Below are positions 27,526-38,013 of a DNA stretch of 64,000 bases, one piece after another. This stretch comes from Syntrophorhabdaceae bacterium (GTDB taxonomy: Bacteria > Desulfobacterota > Syntrophorhabdia > Syntrophorhabdales > Syntrophorhabdaceae), in contig OY762209.1 of the NCBI GenBank assembly GCA_963665295.1, forward strand, positions 224,001 to 288,000, given 5' to 3'. The position numbers and the translations under genes are program-made. Position 1 is the first letter of the stretch. Each line of letters starts with the position of its first letter. Below the pieces are notes generated by a model, which worked only from the letters and a program-made list of their open reading frames with translations, searched no databases and was not told the origin of the DNA.

Positions 27526-29727
27526 ATGAGGAAGCGATCAAGGTTCAACCGTTTGCTGGTATTGTTTTGTGTTTTATCCGTGCCCTTCTGGCTTGTCGGG
27601 GGCGTAGGCGCGAGCAGCCTGGTGGGGGACCAGACATGGCTGCCCGGCGACACCATATTCCCCGATATCGCCTTTACCCAGGCCATGCCCGTATTCGGTC
27701 CGGGCGCGGGCGCAACCCCCAGGGTAGATGCCCAGAAATACAACAACATCACCATAACCATGGGAGAGACGACGCAGCGAGTCCTTCCCGCCCCCTACGA
27801 TTTGACCCGTGTATGGGCCTACCAGACCACGGACACAAAGAAAGGTACCTTATTGGGGACAGCCCACTGGCCCGCGGTAACCCTCGTAGCCAAAAGGGGA
27901 AGCGCCACCACGATAAAATACGTGAACGACCTTCCCAGCTTCAACCCCCTCAACCCCACGGGGACAGGGATGGTCCAGGGCCTCCTCACTATTGACAAGA
28001 CCATCCATTGGGCCGACCCTCTCGACAGCCCGGCCATGAACTACTGTATCGACGACCCGACGCAGCCCGGCTGCGACATTCCTTTTATCGGCTCTCCTCC
28101 CGCGGTGCCGCACCTCCACGGCGCGGAACAGTCCTCCGGCTTCGATGGTGGTCCGACACAGTGGTTTACCGCCAACGGCGCTGAGGGACCCGGTTACTAT
28201 TCCATAGGGACTCCCGGCCCCGGCGAGGCCATATACAAGTACATCAACAAGCAGGAGCCCGGCACCCTGTGGTTCCATGACCACGCCCTGGGTGCGACCA
28301 GGACGAATGTGTACACCGGACTTGCGGGGTTCTATTTCGTGAAGGACTCCGGCAAGGAGCCCAAGAACCTCCCGAAAGACCAATACGAGGTCGAAATGGC
28401 CCTTCAGGACCGTCAGTTCGACACGAACGCCCAGTTCTTCTTTCCCGACGGCAGCGGCCTGTGCGGATCAGGGGGCGCCACCGACCCGTGCCTTAACGGC
28501 CCTCCGCCCAATCCCGGGGTTCACCCCTTCTGGATCCCCGAGTTCATCGGTGACGTATCGGTGGTAAACGGGGCGGCCTGGCCCTACCTTGCGGTGGAGC
28601 CGAGGCGCTATCTTTTCCGCATCCTCGACGGCGCCAATGCGAGGGTGTACCGTCTGACCTTCGGCAACGTCACCGGAGGAGAGGTCTTGCCTCCTGTGTA
28701 CCAGATAGGGTCTGACGCCAACTATTTCGACCAGCCCGTACCGGTGAGCCAGGTATTTGTCGCGCCGGGCGAGCGCGCATATGTAATCGTCGATTTCTCC
28801 GGTGTTCCCGCGGGCGGGACGGTAACCCTCATGAACGACGCGCCGATCCCCTATCCGAACGGACTCGTGCCGGGCGTGGATGTAAACCAGGTGGGCATGG
28901 GTCAGATCATGCAGTTCCGGGTCTCCCTTCCCCTCGCCGGTCAGGACAAGAGCTGCAACCCGGCTGTCGCCAACCAGTGCAAGAGACCGACCAAGATCGT
29001 ACGTCTCGCCGACGGCGCGGGAGCCATTGCAGCAGGGGTTACGGTCAACAGGATCAGGCAGCTTGCGCTCCTGGAGGCCGACGGCCCGGGAGGACCGCTT
29101 AACTCCTTTCTGAACAACACATACTGGGACGGTTCCAGGTCCGCCAATATCACCACCATATTCCCCACGGACGGCGTGAGTGAGTTGCCCCAGGTGGGGT
29201 CCATCGAGCAGTGGGAGATCATCAACCTCACCCCCGACGCCCACCCTATACACGTGCACCTCACCCAGTTCCAGGTCCTGAACAGACAGGCATACAACAC
29301 GGACCCCGCCACCGGCTATCCTGCCTCGTACAATGGAGCCTTCGGCACCGCGGGCCAGGCCCCTCTGCCCGCGGGCTGCACGGCGGGTTCGTACTGTCCG
29401 GGCTACGGACCTCCCCTTTCCTATAACGTGCTCAACGCGGACAATGCCCTCGGCGGCAACCCCGCAATAGGTCCGTTCCTGACGGGCGCGATCATCCCTC
29501 CCGAAGCAGGGGAGAGCGGCTGGAAGGAGACGGTCAAAGCCTATCCCGATCAGGTTCTCCGGATCCTGGTCAGGTGGGCGCCTTCGGACAAGACCGTCAA
29601 GTCGGTGAAGGCCGGGAAGAACCCCTACAGCTTCGATCCGACCCAGGGCCCCGGTTACGTGTGGCACTGTCATATCCTCGACCACGAAGATAACGAGATG
29701 ATGCGGCCCTACAACGTGACGAAGTGA
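27526..29727 (+). CDS. Exported multicopper oxidase 2 (CotA/bilirubin oxidase-like)
   Basis: HLHG, WFHDH, HPIHVH and [14 protein letters not shown] motifs, signal peptide, AGGAGG RBS. Confidence 0.92.
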   Translation: MRKRSRFNRLLVLFCVLSVPFWLVGGVGASSLVGDQTWLPGDTIFPDIAFTQAMPVFGPGAGATPRVDAQKYNNITITMGETTQRVLPAPYDLTRVWAYQTTDTKKGTLLGTAHWPAVTLVAKRGSATTIKYVNDLPSFNPLNPTGTGMVQGLLTIDKTIHWADPLDSPAMNYCIDDPTQPGCDIPFIGSPPAVPHLHGAEQSSGFDGGPTQWFTANGAEGPGYYSIGTPGPGEAIYKYINKQEPGTLWFHDHALGATRTNVYTGLAGFYFVKDSGKEPKNLPKDQYEVEMALQDRQFDTNAQFFFPDGSGLCGSGGATDPCLNGPPPNPGVHPFWIPEFIGDVSVVNGAAWPYLAVEPRRYLFRILDGANARVYRLTFGNVTGGEVLPPVYQIGSDANYFDQPVPVSQVFVAPGERAYVIVDFSGVPAGGTVTLMNDAPIPYPNGLVPGVDVNQVGMGQIMQFRVSLPLAGQDKSCNPAVANQCKRPTKIVRLADGAGAIAAGVTVNRIRQLALLEADGPGGPLNSFLNNTYWDGSRSANITTIFPTDGVSELPQVGSIEQWEIINLTPDAHPIHVHLTQFQVLNRQAYNTDPATGYPASYNGAFGTAGQAPLPAGCTAGSYCPGYGPPLSYNVLNADNALGGNPAIGPFLTGAIIPPEAGESGWKETVKAYPDQVLRILVRWAPSDKTVKSVKAGKNPYSFDPTQGPGYVWHCHILDHEDNEMMRPYNVTK

Positions 29728-29815
29728 TCCATTGCAGTTGAGGAACATATGGGGAGGGCCGCATCGGGCGGCCCTCCTTTTTCAACGCCCCGGACATTAC
29801 AGGGAGGAGAACCAA

Positions 29816-30199
29816 ATGGAAAAGAGAAGGGAGGCCGCCCGTAAGGCCATGCTCATACCTGCGGCGGCTGTTTTCCTCATTTTGACGCTTACAGGCATAT
29901 CCGTTTCTTACACCAGGGACGACCTTGAAAAGATCAAGACCACAAACGTTTGCGAAAGCTGCAACCTCCGGGGCGCCTCCCTCACGGGGCTTGACCTTTC
30001 CGGTGCAAACCTCGCCCATGCGGACCTTACCGGCGCGAACCTCACGGGCGCCAACCTCACGGGGGCCAACCTCACGGGGGCCACGCTGATCGATGTGAGG
30101 TTCCTCGACGCGAACCTCACGGGGGCGAACTTCTCGGGGGCCACATGGATAGACGGTTCACCATGTAAAGCGGGCTCCACGGGAAAATGCGGCAAATAA
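29816..30199 (+). CDS. Exported pentapeptide-repeat protein
   Basis: ANLTG repeats, CxxC and terminal Cys residues, signal peptide, GGAGGAG RBS. Confidence 0.85.
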   Translation: MEKRREAARKAMLIPAAAVFLILTLTGISVSYTRDDLEKIKTTNVCESCNLRGASLTGLDLSGANLAHADLTGANLTGANLTGANLTGATLIDVRFLDANLTGANFSGATWIDGSPCKAGSTGKCGK

Positions 30200-30263
30200 G
30201 GGCCCGTTGTGATATCATCTGAACTGTGACCACAATCTTTTTCAGGAGGAGAAGCTAAAGAAC

Positions 30264-31055
30264 ATGAGACGGATATTCCTCGTTGTGCCCGGTTTGATCC
30301 TCGCAGTCTCCCTCGCCGTTCCCCTTGCCCGGGCGGACGACAAAAAAGCCCCGGAAGGGGAGCGGGCAAAAGAGAGTTATACCCTCGGTTACCGCCTGGG
30401 CAGCAACCTGAGGCTGCAGGAGGTGGACATTGACTTCGACGTCCTTGTGTCGGCCATGAGGAGCGGCCTCGCCGGGGAAAAGCCTGCCTTGAGCGTCCAG
30501 GATATGAACGCCATCGTAAAGGAGCTGAGGAAAAAAACGCTTGTCAGGACAAACAGGAAGTTCGAGGAACTGGCCGCCCTCAACCTCGGGAAAAGCAAGG
30601 TGTTCCTTGCGGAAAACAAGGCGAAGGAGGGCGTAATCACCCTGCCGAGCGGGCTGCAGTACAAGGTGGAGAAGGAGGGGAGCGGCCCTGTCCCGAAGGC
30701 GACCGATCACGTGGTCGTCAGCTATCGCGGGTTCCTCGCGGACGGCCTGGAGTTTGACAGTACGGGGAAGCGGGGAGGCTCCACGGCCGTCACGGTCAAA
30801 GGCGTAATAAAGGGTTGGACGGAAGCGCTCCAGATGATGAAGACAGGATCAAAGTGGCGGCTCTTCGTGCCCCCGGAACTCGCCTACGGCAAACGCCGGT
30901 TCGGGCGCATACCCCCTAACAGCCTCCTCATCTTCGACCTGGAACTCCTCTCCATCGGGGAACCCTCTCAGCCGGTCCGTCACGATCCCACGGTCGGCAA
31001 GAAGACAGGGGCGGATGATGACGAAGACCACCCGGCGGACGGGCTTTCCGACTAG
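30264..31055 (+). CDS. FKBP-type peptidyl-prolyl isomerase
   Basis: SYTLG, LPSGLQYKV, FDS, VIKGWTEAL, PPELAYG, IPPNSLLIFDLEL. Confidence 0.92.
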   Translation: MRRIFLVVPGLILAVSLAVPLARADDKKAPEGERAKESYTLGYRLGSNLRLQEVDIDFDVLVSAMRSGLAGEKPALSVQDMNAIVKELRKKTLVRTNRKFEELAALNLGKSKVFLAENKAKEGVITLPSGLQYKVEKEGSGPVPKATDHVVVSYRGFLADGLEFDSTGKRGGSTAVTVKGVIKGWTEALQMMKTGSKWRLFVPPELAYGKRRFGRIPPNSLLIFDLELLSIGEPSQPVRHDPTVGKKTGADDDEDHPADGLSD

Positions 31056-31091
31056 GACGGTGCCGGGGTCGCTCGCGGTCCGTTGCAGGCC

Positions 31092-31706
31092 TTAGATGTT
31101 GGAAACCATGGCAGCCTTGAAAAAGCGAAGGTTCAGAAAGTCCCTGAACGACGTAAGGGCTTTGCCCCTGTGGCTGATGGCATTCTTTTCTTCCAGGGTC
31201 AGTTCGGCCATGGTCTTCCCGAATTCAGGCACCCGGAAGACCGGATCGTAGCCGAACCCCGCGGTCCCCTTCCTCTCGAACTCGATGAAACCGGGCAGGG
31301 CCCCGTAGAAGATGTAGCTCACTTCCCTTTCAGGGCGATAGTAGGCGAGGTATGCCTTGAACACGGCCTTCCTCTTTTCCCACTCCACCCCCTCGAGTTC
31401 CGACAGAAGCCGGTCAATCCGCTCTTCGTCGGTCCTTCCGTAGCGGGCGGACAAGACTCCCGGCCGGCCGTCCAGGGCCTCGACCTCAAGACCCGAATCG
31501 TCGGCAAGGGTCTCCATGGCGAACCTGTCGCCTATCTTTCGCGCCTTCTTTATCACGTTCTCCGTGTAAAGGAGGCTGTCTTCTTCTACCACTACCTTCT
31601 CGTCGAAATCATCCAGGGAGTAGCACCTGTCGAACTCGCCGGCAAGGATGTCGGCGATCTCGAGGAACTTGCCCCTGTTGCCTGTGGCGATGATGAGACT
31701 TTTCAT
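31092..31706 (-). CDS. rdgB: dITP/XTP pyrophosphatase
   Basis: ATGNRGK, ADDSGLEVEALDGRPG, GFGYDP, ISHRGKA. Confidence 0.93.
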   Translation of the reverse strand: MKSLIIATGNRGKFLEIADILAGEFDRCYSLDDFDEKVVVEEDSLLYTENVIKKARKIGDRFAMETLADDSGLEVEALDGRPGVLSARYGRTDEERIDRLLSELEGVEWEKRKAVFKAYLAYYRPEREVSYIFYGALPGFIEFERKGTAGFGYDPVFRVPEFGKTMAELTLEEKNAISHRGKALTSFRDFLNLRFFKAAMVSNI

Positions 31707-31730
31707 GGAAAACCCCGGGCTTAAAGACCG

Positions 31731-32459
31731 TTACGCCGGGAACAGGGGGCCAAGGGCCACCTTCTGAGCCCGCGTGATCTCGTTTATTCCTCTGTACGCA
31801 TACTGGTACATGGTATCGAACTGTTCCTTTGTAAAGGGTGTCTTTTCCGCGGTCCCCTGCACTTCGATAAGCAGGCCCTTTCCCGTCATGACAAAATTCA
31901 TGTCCACTTCCGCCTTCGAATCTTCCTCGTAGGAAAGGTCGAGGACAACCTCGCCGTTGACGAGGCCCACGCTGATGGCCGCCACCGAATCCCTGAGGGG
32001 TATCTTGTCGATAATCCCCCGCCTCTTCATATTCCAGAGGGCGTCCACAAGAGCCACGTATCCGCCCGTTATGCTCGCCGTCCTCGTGCCGCCGTCGGCC
32101 TGTATGACATCACAATCGATCCATATGGTCTTTTCGCCCATCACATCCAGGTTTACAATGGCGCGCAATGCCCTGCCTATGAGCCTCTGTATCTCGTGGG
32201 TCCTTCCCCCCACCCTTCCCTGCGCCGCCTCCCTGGCGGACCGGGTGTGCGTTGCCCGCGGCAGCATGGAATACTCGGCAGTCAACCATCCCTTGCCGCT
32301 ATTCCTGAGGAATGGCGGGACCTTGTCCTCTATGCTCACCCCGCATATCACCTTGGTCTCGCCCATCTCCACAAGGACCGACCCTTCGGGGTACTTCAGA
32401 AAGTTCTTTGAAATCTTCAGGTCCCTTATCTTATCGACTACTCTTCCGCTCGCCCTCAT
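31731..32459 (-). CDS. rph: Ribonuclease PH
   Basis: [35 protein letters not shown]. Confidence 0.95.
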   Translation of the reverse strand: MRASGRVVDKIRDLKISKNFLKYPEGSVLVEMGETKVICGVSIEDKVPPFLRNSGKGWLTAEYSMLPRATHTRSAREAAQGRVGGRTHEIQRLIGRALRAIVNLDVMGEKTIWIDCDVIQADGGTRTASITGGYVALVDALWNMKRRGIIDKIPLRDSVAAISVGLVNGEVVLDLSYEEDSKAEVDMNFVMTGKGLLIEVQGTAEKTPFTKEQFDTMYQYAYRGINEITRAQKVALGPLFPA

Positions 32460-33073
32460 TTTTTTATACCTCTTCCCAAATATTTCTGCAAATTGTCACT
32501 TACCTTTCCGAGGGTCTCCTCCGCCTGTTCCTTCGGGCATTCGATCCGCATGAATATACCCGGCATGTCAATGCCCAGAAGGGGGAACAAGGGGAGCTCA
32601 AGGACCTTCTTGCCGAAGGTCTCGGCCACGAGGGAGGCGAACTCCCTGGATTTCGGCGCATGCATTCCGGGCACATCCTCTATGGACGGCACCTGACCCG
32701 TCTTCTTCCCGGCGTTCGTCACCGCGATCGTTACGTCCTCCTGCTGTCCGAAACTGAAATCGACTGCAATGAAGAAGGAGGCCCGAAGCCTGTTGATCTT
32801 GTTTGCGAGGACCACCTGGGCCTCGATGTCGTCCGTACCCTCGTAGGCGCTCACCACAAAGCCTTTTCCCGTCAAATGCTTCTTCAGAAGCATCGAGGCG
32901 GTGGGGTCCTTCTCGCCCACATGATACAATACAATATGTTGGGCACCATAGGAACAAAAAAACGGGAAAAGGAGACACCAGGCAAAGAAGCCGATCCCTG
33001 CCGCCGTGCGGACGGCAAGGCCTCCCGGCCCTGTCTTCAGGTCTTTCGCCCCCTGGGGACGCCTCATTTTCAT
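32456..33073 (-). CDS. Divergent N-acetylmuramoyl-L-alanine amidase-like exported protein
   Basis: Amidase_3-like segments ([26 protein letters not shown]). Zinc-ligand motifs are not recognisable. Confidence 0.45.
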   Translation of the reverse strand: MKMRRPQGAKDLKTGPGGLAVRTAAGIGFFAWCLLFPFFCSYGAQHIVLYHVGEKDPTASMLLKKHLTGKGFVVSAYEGTDDIEAQVVLANKINRLRASFFIAVDFSFGQQEDVTIAVTNAGKKTGQVPSIEDVPGMHAPKSREFASLVAETFGKKVLELPLFPLLGIDMPGIFMRIECPKEQAEETLGKVSDNLQKYLGRGIKK

Positions 33074-33861
33074 CAACCTTCCGATCTTCCTGCCTCCGGG
33101 TTCAGGCGGGTAATTACTTCGCTGATGTCCACACCGCCGGGGACCGGGACGCCCTGGTAGAAGACCTGTTTGTCCGCGATCCTTATATCCCCCTTCGAGA
33201 TGAGGACCAGTGTCTTCGCAATGAGAGGGGCCTCGATCGCGAGCTCCTCCCACCCCGCTATCTTCATGAGCATTTCCCTGGAGGACCTGTCTCCCCTGAA
33301 CGCGTTGTCGTACATGAGATCGATCTCGGTTCCCTGAAGCATGCTTTTCGCAAAAGCAACAGGAAGGCCCTTGTCCGGGCCGCCGGCAGCCAGGTAAACC
33401 GTGGCCCCGAAGGTCCTTTCTCCCGCGCCGACCATACCGGCGATCACGTCCGTCCTTTTCCCCACGTACGCGCGGGGCGGGGACGGGTGGATGCCGAGGA
33501 TCGCACAAGACTCGTACAATTCCGGGGAGACCCCCTGCGTATAGCCTCCCAGGAATATGAGGTCGAAGCCGTATTTCTCTATTCTCGACTTGACGAGGAC
33601 GTCAAAAGGGTCCCTTCCCTCTTCCGGAGTGAGTCCCTTCTCTTCCAGGAACCTCTTGCGGCTCACCGGTTCGAGGGGAATGCCCGACTCCGCGGCAAAA
33701 GCCATTATCCCGTCGGATGCAGGTGATTCGCCTTGTTCCCTGTCCATGAATATGAGGGATATTCTCCCCGCCACGACCCCCTGTTCAAAGGCGCCGTGAA
33801 TATCTTTCAAAAGGGCGAGGGCTTCCTGGTCCTCCCCCGTGGTAAACCAGCATATGTTCAC
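33073..33861 (-). CDS. PurN-like formyltransferase family protein
   Basis: FDLIFLGGY, LGIHPS, GATVYL and DKGLP patterns. Confidence 0.65.
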   Translation of the reverse strand: MNICWFTTGEDQEALALLKDIHGAFEQGVVAGRISLIFMDREQGESPASDGIMAFAAESGIPLEPVSRKRFLEEKGLTPEEGRDPFDVLVKSRIEKYGFDLIFLGGYTQGVSPELYESCAILGIHPSPPRAYVGKRTDVIAGMVGAGERTFGATVYLAAGGPDKGLPVAFAKSMLQGTEIDLMYDNAFRGDRSSREMLMKIAGWEELAIEAPLIAKTLVLISKGDIRIADKQVFYQGVPVPGGVDISEVITRLNPEAGRSEG

Positions 33862-33994
33862 AAAACCTCCATTGATGCTTTCACGCCTCCCGGGGCCTGA
33901 CCCCGTCCGGGCGGTTTACTCGCTCTTCCTGCGTTCCATCACTTTCCGTGCCACGAATCCGATCAGCCAGATGGCGGCGACACCCGGCGCCTCC

Positions 33995-34921
33995 CTATTC
34001 CTTCTCCAGGAGGTAGTGTTCAAGACCGACCGCCGCGAGGGCCCCGTCTCCCACTGCGGTGGTGATCTGCCTCAGCCTCTTTTTCCTCACGTCCCCCGCG
34101 ATGAACAGCCCTTCCGTCCGGGCGGCGAGGTTCTCGTCGGTGATTATGAACCCCGCGTCATCCCTGTCCACGAGTCCGCCGAGAAACGACCCCTGGGGCC
34201 GTACCCCCACATAGATGAATACGCCGTCAACCTTCACCTCCGAATGCTCCCCTGTTACCGTATCTTTCAGGAGGATCGACTCCACCTGGTCCTTTCCTTT
34301 GATCTCCACAGGCACCTTGTTCCAGAGAAACTCCATTTTGCCGTTCCTGAAGGCCCTTTCCTGGATGATCTTCTGCGCCCTGAGCGTCTCCCTTCTATGG
34401 ACCACGTAAACCTTTTTCACGAGGTTCGCGAGGGCAAGTCCCTCCTGGATTGCGGAGTCGCCGCCCCCTATCACCGCCACATCCAGGTTTTTGAAGAAAG
34501 CGCCGTCGCACGTGGCGCAGTAGGAGATGCCCCTTCCCAGAAGCTCGTTCTCACCGGGGATGCCGAGTTTCATCGCCTCCGTCCCCGACGCGACGATCAG
34601 TCCGCGGCATTCGTATACGTCTCCTCCCGCCTTGACCACAAAACGGCCTTCTTCGCGGGTCACCTCTTCCACCTCCGAGAATTCCCGCGTCTTAAGACCG
34701 AACCGTCTCCCCTGGTCCGCCATCCCTCCCATAAGCTGCCTGCAGGGCACGCCCTCGGGAAACCCCGGGTAATTTTCCACATATTCATACTGCATGGGCG
34801 TTCCGCCAAGGACCCCTTTTTCAAGAAGCAGCGTCTCGACGCCCGCTCTCATCAGGTAAATGCCTGCCGTAAGCCCTGCCGGGCCGCCTCCCAGGACTAT
34901 GGCTTCATGAAATTCTCCCAT
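33995..34921 (-). CDS. trxB: Thioredoxin-disulfide reductase
   Basis: GGGPAGLTAG, ISYCATCDG, GGGDSA and AGDVR motifs. Start at MGEFHE with AGAGGAG RBS. Confidence 0.92.
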   Translation of the reverse strand: MGEFHEAIVLGGGPAGLTAGIYLMRAGVETLLLEKGVLGGTPMQYEYVENYPGFPEGVPCRQLMGGMADQGRRFGLKTREFSEVEEVTREEGRFVVKAGGDVYECRGLIVASGTEAMKLGIPGENELLGRGISYCATCDGAFFKNLDVAVIGGGDSAIQEGLALANLVKKVYVVHRRETLRAQKIIQERAFRNGKMEFLWNKVPVEIKGKDQVESILLKDTVTGEHSEVKVDGVFIYVGVRPQGSFLGGLVDRDDAGFIITDENLAARTEGLFIAGDVRKKRLRQITTAVGDGALAAVGLEHYLLEKE

Positions 34922-34992
34922 CTCTATGACTCCTCTTTTTACCGGTTCGATTTCGACAACCTGATTCATTGTAAGCGATATAACACGGATAT

Positions 34993-35709
34993 TCAACCAT
35001 TATGAAGACCGGGGTCCGCTGCCTTTCTCTTTCTCCCCGTGCAGATGGTTGTGCAGTCCCTGCACAGGAGGTTTCTGTTGCAGAGCTCGAAGAAACGTTC
35101 CGGGTGCCTGAAGAATTGGTACTCCCACTGGATTACGACGAGAAGGGACAGGCCGACGAGTGACCACGTCCAGAAAGATTGAAGGAAGACAAGAGGGGCG
35201 AAGGCCATGAGGTAGCCCCAGTTGTTGATCCTGCAGGAGTTGCAGCACTTGTTGCCGATGATCCATTCGAAGGGACACCAGACGGTGACGCAGAACTGGT
35301 CCATGAAGATGAAAAAGACGACCACGAGCATAAGCCCCGTGGGGTCCAGCGCGCCGAGGTGAAAGAGAACCCCCGTGACGAGGACAACCAGAGTCCAGTA
35401 GACCGCCGTCTTCGCGGCGCCCCGGTTCATCCTTGCAGTATAAGCCCTCAATTTCTCTTCCCCGGAAGGCGTGAGCGGGCTGCCGGAGTAATTCCTCCGG
35501 AACATCTTGCCCGACGAAACCAGGGGGTTGAAAGAGGGGATCATGCGCTTAATGAGGATGAGGGCGATTGCGGCCCAGAGCACATGGTAGACCCTGAAGA
35601 AGGCAATCTTGTACGTGAAGGCCCCGGCGAGGACCCGGGGACAGGCAAAAGCAAGGACGAGGCAGAGGACCAGCACAAGGCCCTTCCAAAGGAGTTTGAC
35701 CCTGTTCAC
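34993..35709 (-). CDS. Cys-rich hypothetical membrane protein
   Basis: Several TM segments, with WCPF...KCCNSCRINNW and C...CRDC...C motifs. Confidence 0.7.
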   Translation of the reverse strand: MNRVKLLWKGLVLVLCLVLAFACPRVLAGAFTYKIAFFRVYHVLWAAIALILIKRMIPSFNPLVSSGKMFRRNYSGSPLTPSGEEKLRAYTARMNRGAAKTAVYWTLVVLVTGVLFHLGALDPTGLMLVVVFFIFMDQFCVTVWCPFEWIIGNKCCNSCRINNWGYLMAFAPLVFLQSFWTWSLVGLSLLVVIQWEYQFFRHPERFFELCNRNLLCRDCTTICTGRKRKAADPGLHNG

Positions 35710-35775
35710 GGATACGTCCTTGCCGCGCCGTCCGGGCGGGCCCGGTCCATCGACGAATACGTCCTGCCGGGAATC

Positions 35776-36081
35776 CTACGCCTCCTCGAGCACTTTGAGA
35801 TCCACCCGCTCCACCATGGCGCCTACCTTCTCCCTGTACGCGGCCATGTGGGGCGCGCTGAGATGGTCCCGCAGCGCGTCGAGGCTCTCCCATTTCTCGA
35901 TAATGGTGACCCCGTTTTCATCAGGGGGCTGAAAGGGAAAATCAAAGGCCATATCCACGGCGGGAAAGTACTCGATACACCCCTTCTCCTTTCTCACCGT
36001 AGCCATGTTGACCTTGAAAATCTCCAGAAAACGAGCCCGCGTCCCCGGTTTTACCTTGACCGATGCGATTACATTGACCAT
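35776..36081 (-). CDS. ABM (antibiotic biosynthesis monooxygenase) family protein
   Basis: EKGCIEY and IIEKWESLDALRDHLSAPHM motifs. Confidence 0.85.
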   Translation of the reverse strand: MVNVIASVKVKPGTRARFLEIFKVNMATVRKEKGCIEYFPAVDMAFDFPFQPPDENGVTIIEKWESLDALRDHLSAPHMAAYREKVGAMVERVDLKVLEEA

Positions 36082-36431
36082 ACAAACCCTCCTCAACCTT
36101 TTCAGGGCCCATGGCCCCGATTGTATGCAACCTTCGTTGGATTTTATCCACCGGCAGCCCCCGTGTCAACGGGTTTTTTGGGCCGCCCCGTTTCCCGGAC
36201 CTTGTAGGACAAGCGTGTAGGAAAATTGTCTTGACAGCCATGGTCTTCTTGTCCTATCATGCTTATACGGGGGACGTTCAGACACAATCAATAAACGGCT
36301 ATTCTCAGGCAGTCTGTATCCGCCCCGTCGCCCCCTTCGGGAAGGCAGGGAATGCACGCCGGTTGGAGCATATCTATGGATTCAGCGCACGGAACGACTC
36401 AATCAGCAACAACGATTAAAGGAGAGGAATT

Positions 36432-37826
36432 ATGAAACCAAAAGCATTATTCAGTCTTGTTGTCGGTATCTGCTTTTTTGCATGCATGGGTCTTGTCGGC
36501 CCGGTCTTCGCCGATGAACCCCTCACCGACGCGAAGATTCTTTCACTGGGACCCGAGGAAGGGGCGAAGTCCTTAGGACCGGTCGACGCCAGCACGACCC
36601 CGAAACTGAGTTTCAAGAGCACCTATTTATCCTCCGTGCAGTTCGGAACATCAAAACAGAAGATAAGCAGTGTCCGGCCCGGGGAATACATCTATGGCGT
36701 TTACGATGTCAAACTGGCCGGTCAGTCTACGAACCTTGATAGATATTACTCGATAGACAAATACTCATATAATACCGGCTTTTCAAGTGTGTACAATGTC
36801 GGATTGATGCAGTTCTCATGGGGCTGGCAGATTCCGGCCAACATCGCGAAGAATAACGACAAGCCTGTCCTCTTTGCCCAGTTTTCCGCTACGAACGGAA
36901 ATACCATCAAGAAGAGCATGAGCTTCTCGGTAAAGAGGGACGGCATCTCCAACTCCAACAGAGCCTATATGAACCCCATGGATAAGGTCCTCAAGGCCCA
37001 GATCATCAATAACTGCAAGGCCGTGGACACCGATCTCAAAAAGACTTCGAGTCTGAAGTTCAACTCCCACTATCAGTCCAACTCGGCTTCAGCCACGGCA
37101 TTTCTGAAGAACCTCAAGTCGTGGCGGCCCAACGCCGTCCTTATCCACTCGCATGGCAGCGGCGACACGATCCTCCTTAAGGACGAGTCATATATAGACG
37201 CCACGTCCCTTGCCGCCTCGGGGTTTACCGCCCCTGCGGGACTTTTCTACGCCGCCGTCTGTGAGGGAGCCCTCACAAGCGCCTTGGGCGACGCCTTTGT
37301 AGCAGCGGGATATAACGCCTTCATCGGATATACGGTAAGCGTCTATACCACCAGGAATGCGGACTTCTACAAGTACTTTTTCGACCTTGCAGTCCAGCCG
37401 GACGTCTCGGTAGCCACTGCCCTCAGCGACACGATAGCATGGGCCAACGGCCAGGGCTGGGACGATGTAGCCACCGCGACGATAATCGGAGACGGCTCCG
37501 CCGTGTACCTCGGGGGCACGACAGGTGACGGCGCGTCCGAGAAGGAGACAACCGTGACAACGGAGAAAACGGCTCTCCAGGTAGAGAAGTGGAAACCTTT
37601 CGTAGCGGCTGAAGCCACGGTTGCCATGAAGAACGCGGTCATGGAGGCCGACGAGATCGAAGAGGTAAAGAACCTCAAGGAAGAGTATGGCGCCGATCTG
37701 GTAACGGGCGTCCAGACGTTTCCGAACGTGTATCGCGTATCTTACAAGCTGAAAAACGTGTACTACTATGGCGTGGATGTCGATAAGACCACGGGCAAGG
37801 TGGTCTATCAGGGAACAATGGACTAA
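36432..37826 (+). CDS. Secreted protein with clan-CD (C25/CHAT-like) peptidase motif
   Basis: Signal peptide, VLIHSHG and FYAAVC His/Cys dyad pattern, PepSY-like C-terminus. Confidence 0.55.
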   Translation: MKPKALFSLVVGICFFACMGLVGPVFADEPLTDAKILSLGPEEGAKSLGPVDASTTPKLSFKSTYLSSVQFGTSKQKISSVRPGEYIYGVYDVKLAGQSTNLDRYYSIDKYSYNTGFSSVYNVGLMQFSWGWQIPANIAKNNDKPVLFAQFSATNGNTIKKSMSFSVKRDGISNSNRAYMNPMDKVLKAQIINNCKAVDTDLKKTSSLKFNSHYQSNSASATAFLKNLKSWRPNAVLIHSHGSGDTILLKDESYIDATSLAASGFTAPAGLFYAAVCEGALTSALGDAFVAAGYNAFIGYTVSVYTTRNADFYKYFFDLAVQPDVSVATALSDTIAWANGQGWDDVATATIIGDGSAVYLGGTTGDGASEKETTVTTEKTALQVEKWKPFVAAEATVAMKNAVMEADEIEEVKNLKEEYGADLVTGVQTFPNVYRVSYKLKNVYYYGVDVDKTTGKVVYQGTMD

Positions 37827-37860
37827 AGCGGCACGTTTCATCCGGATAGCATGACAAGAA

Positions 37861-37892
37861 CGGGGCAAGGGTCTCCCAAGACCCTTGCCCCG
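37861..37892 (+). terminator. Stem-loop terminator
   Basis: CGGGGCAAGGGTCT/AGACCCTTGCCCCG, 14-bp inverted repeat. Confidence 0.65.
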
Positions 37893-38013
37893 TAAAATTG
37901 AAGACGCCTGCGGCCCTCCAGCCTCCTCCTTTATCTTCGTTGACTTTTCTTCCGGGATACTATAACTTTAAATATATTTCGCACGTCCATACGGAAAATG
38001 AGGGGGTTAGAGA

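Noticed and set aside
27526..27560. Twin-arginine (Tat) signals in the oxidases (MRKRS.F)
   Set aside because: No canonical RRxFLK motif, so the export route cannot be assigned by eye.
36199..36245. CTTG-N5-CAAG site upstream of the secreted peptidase-like gene
   Set aside because: A single partial match next to a sigma-70 promoter, with no -24/-12 box.
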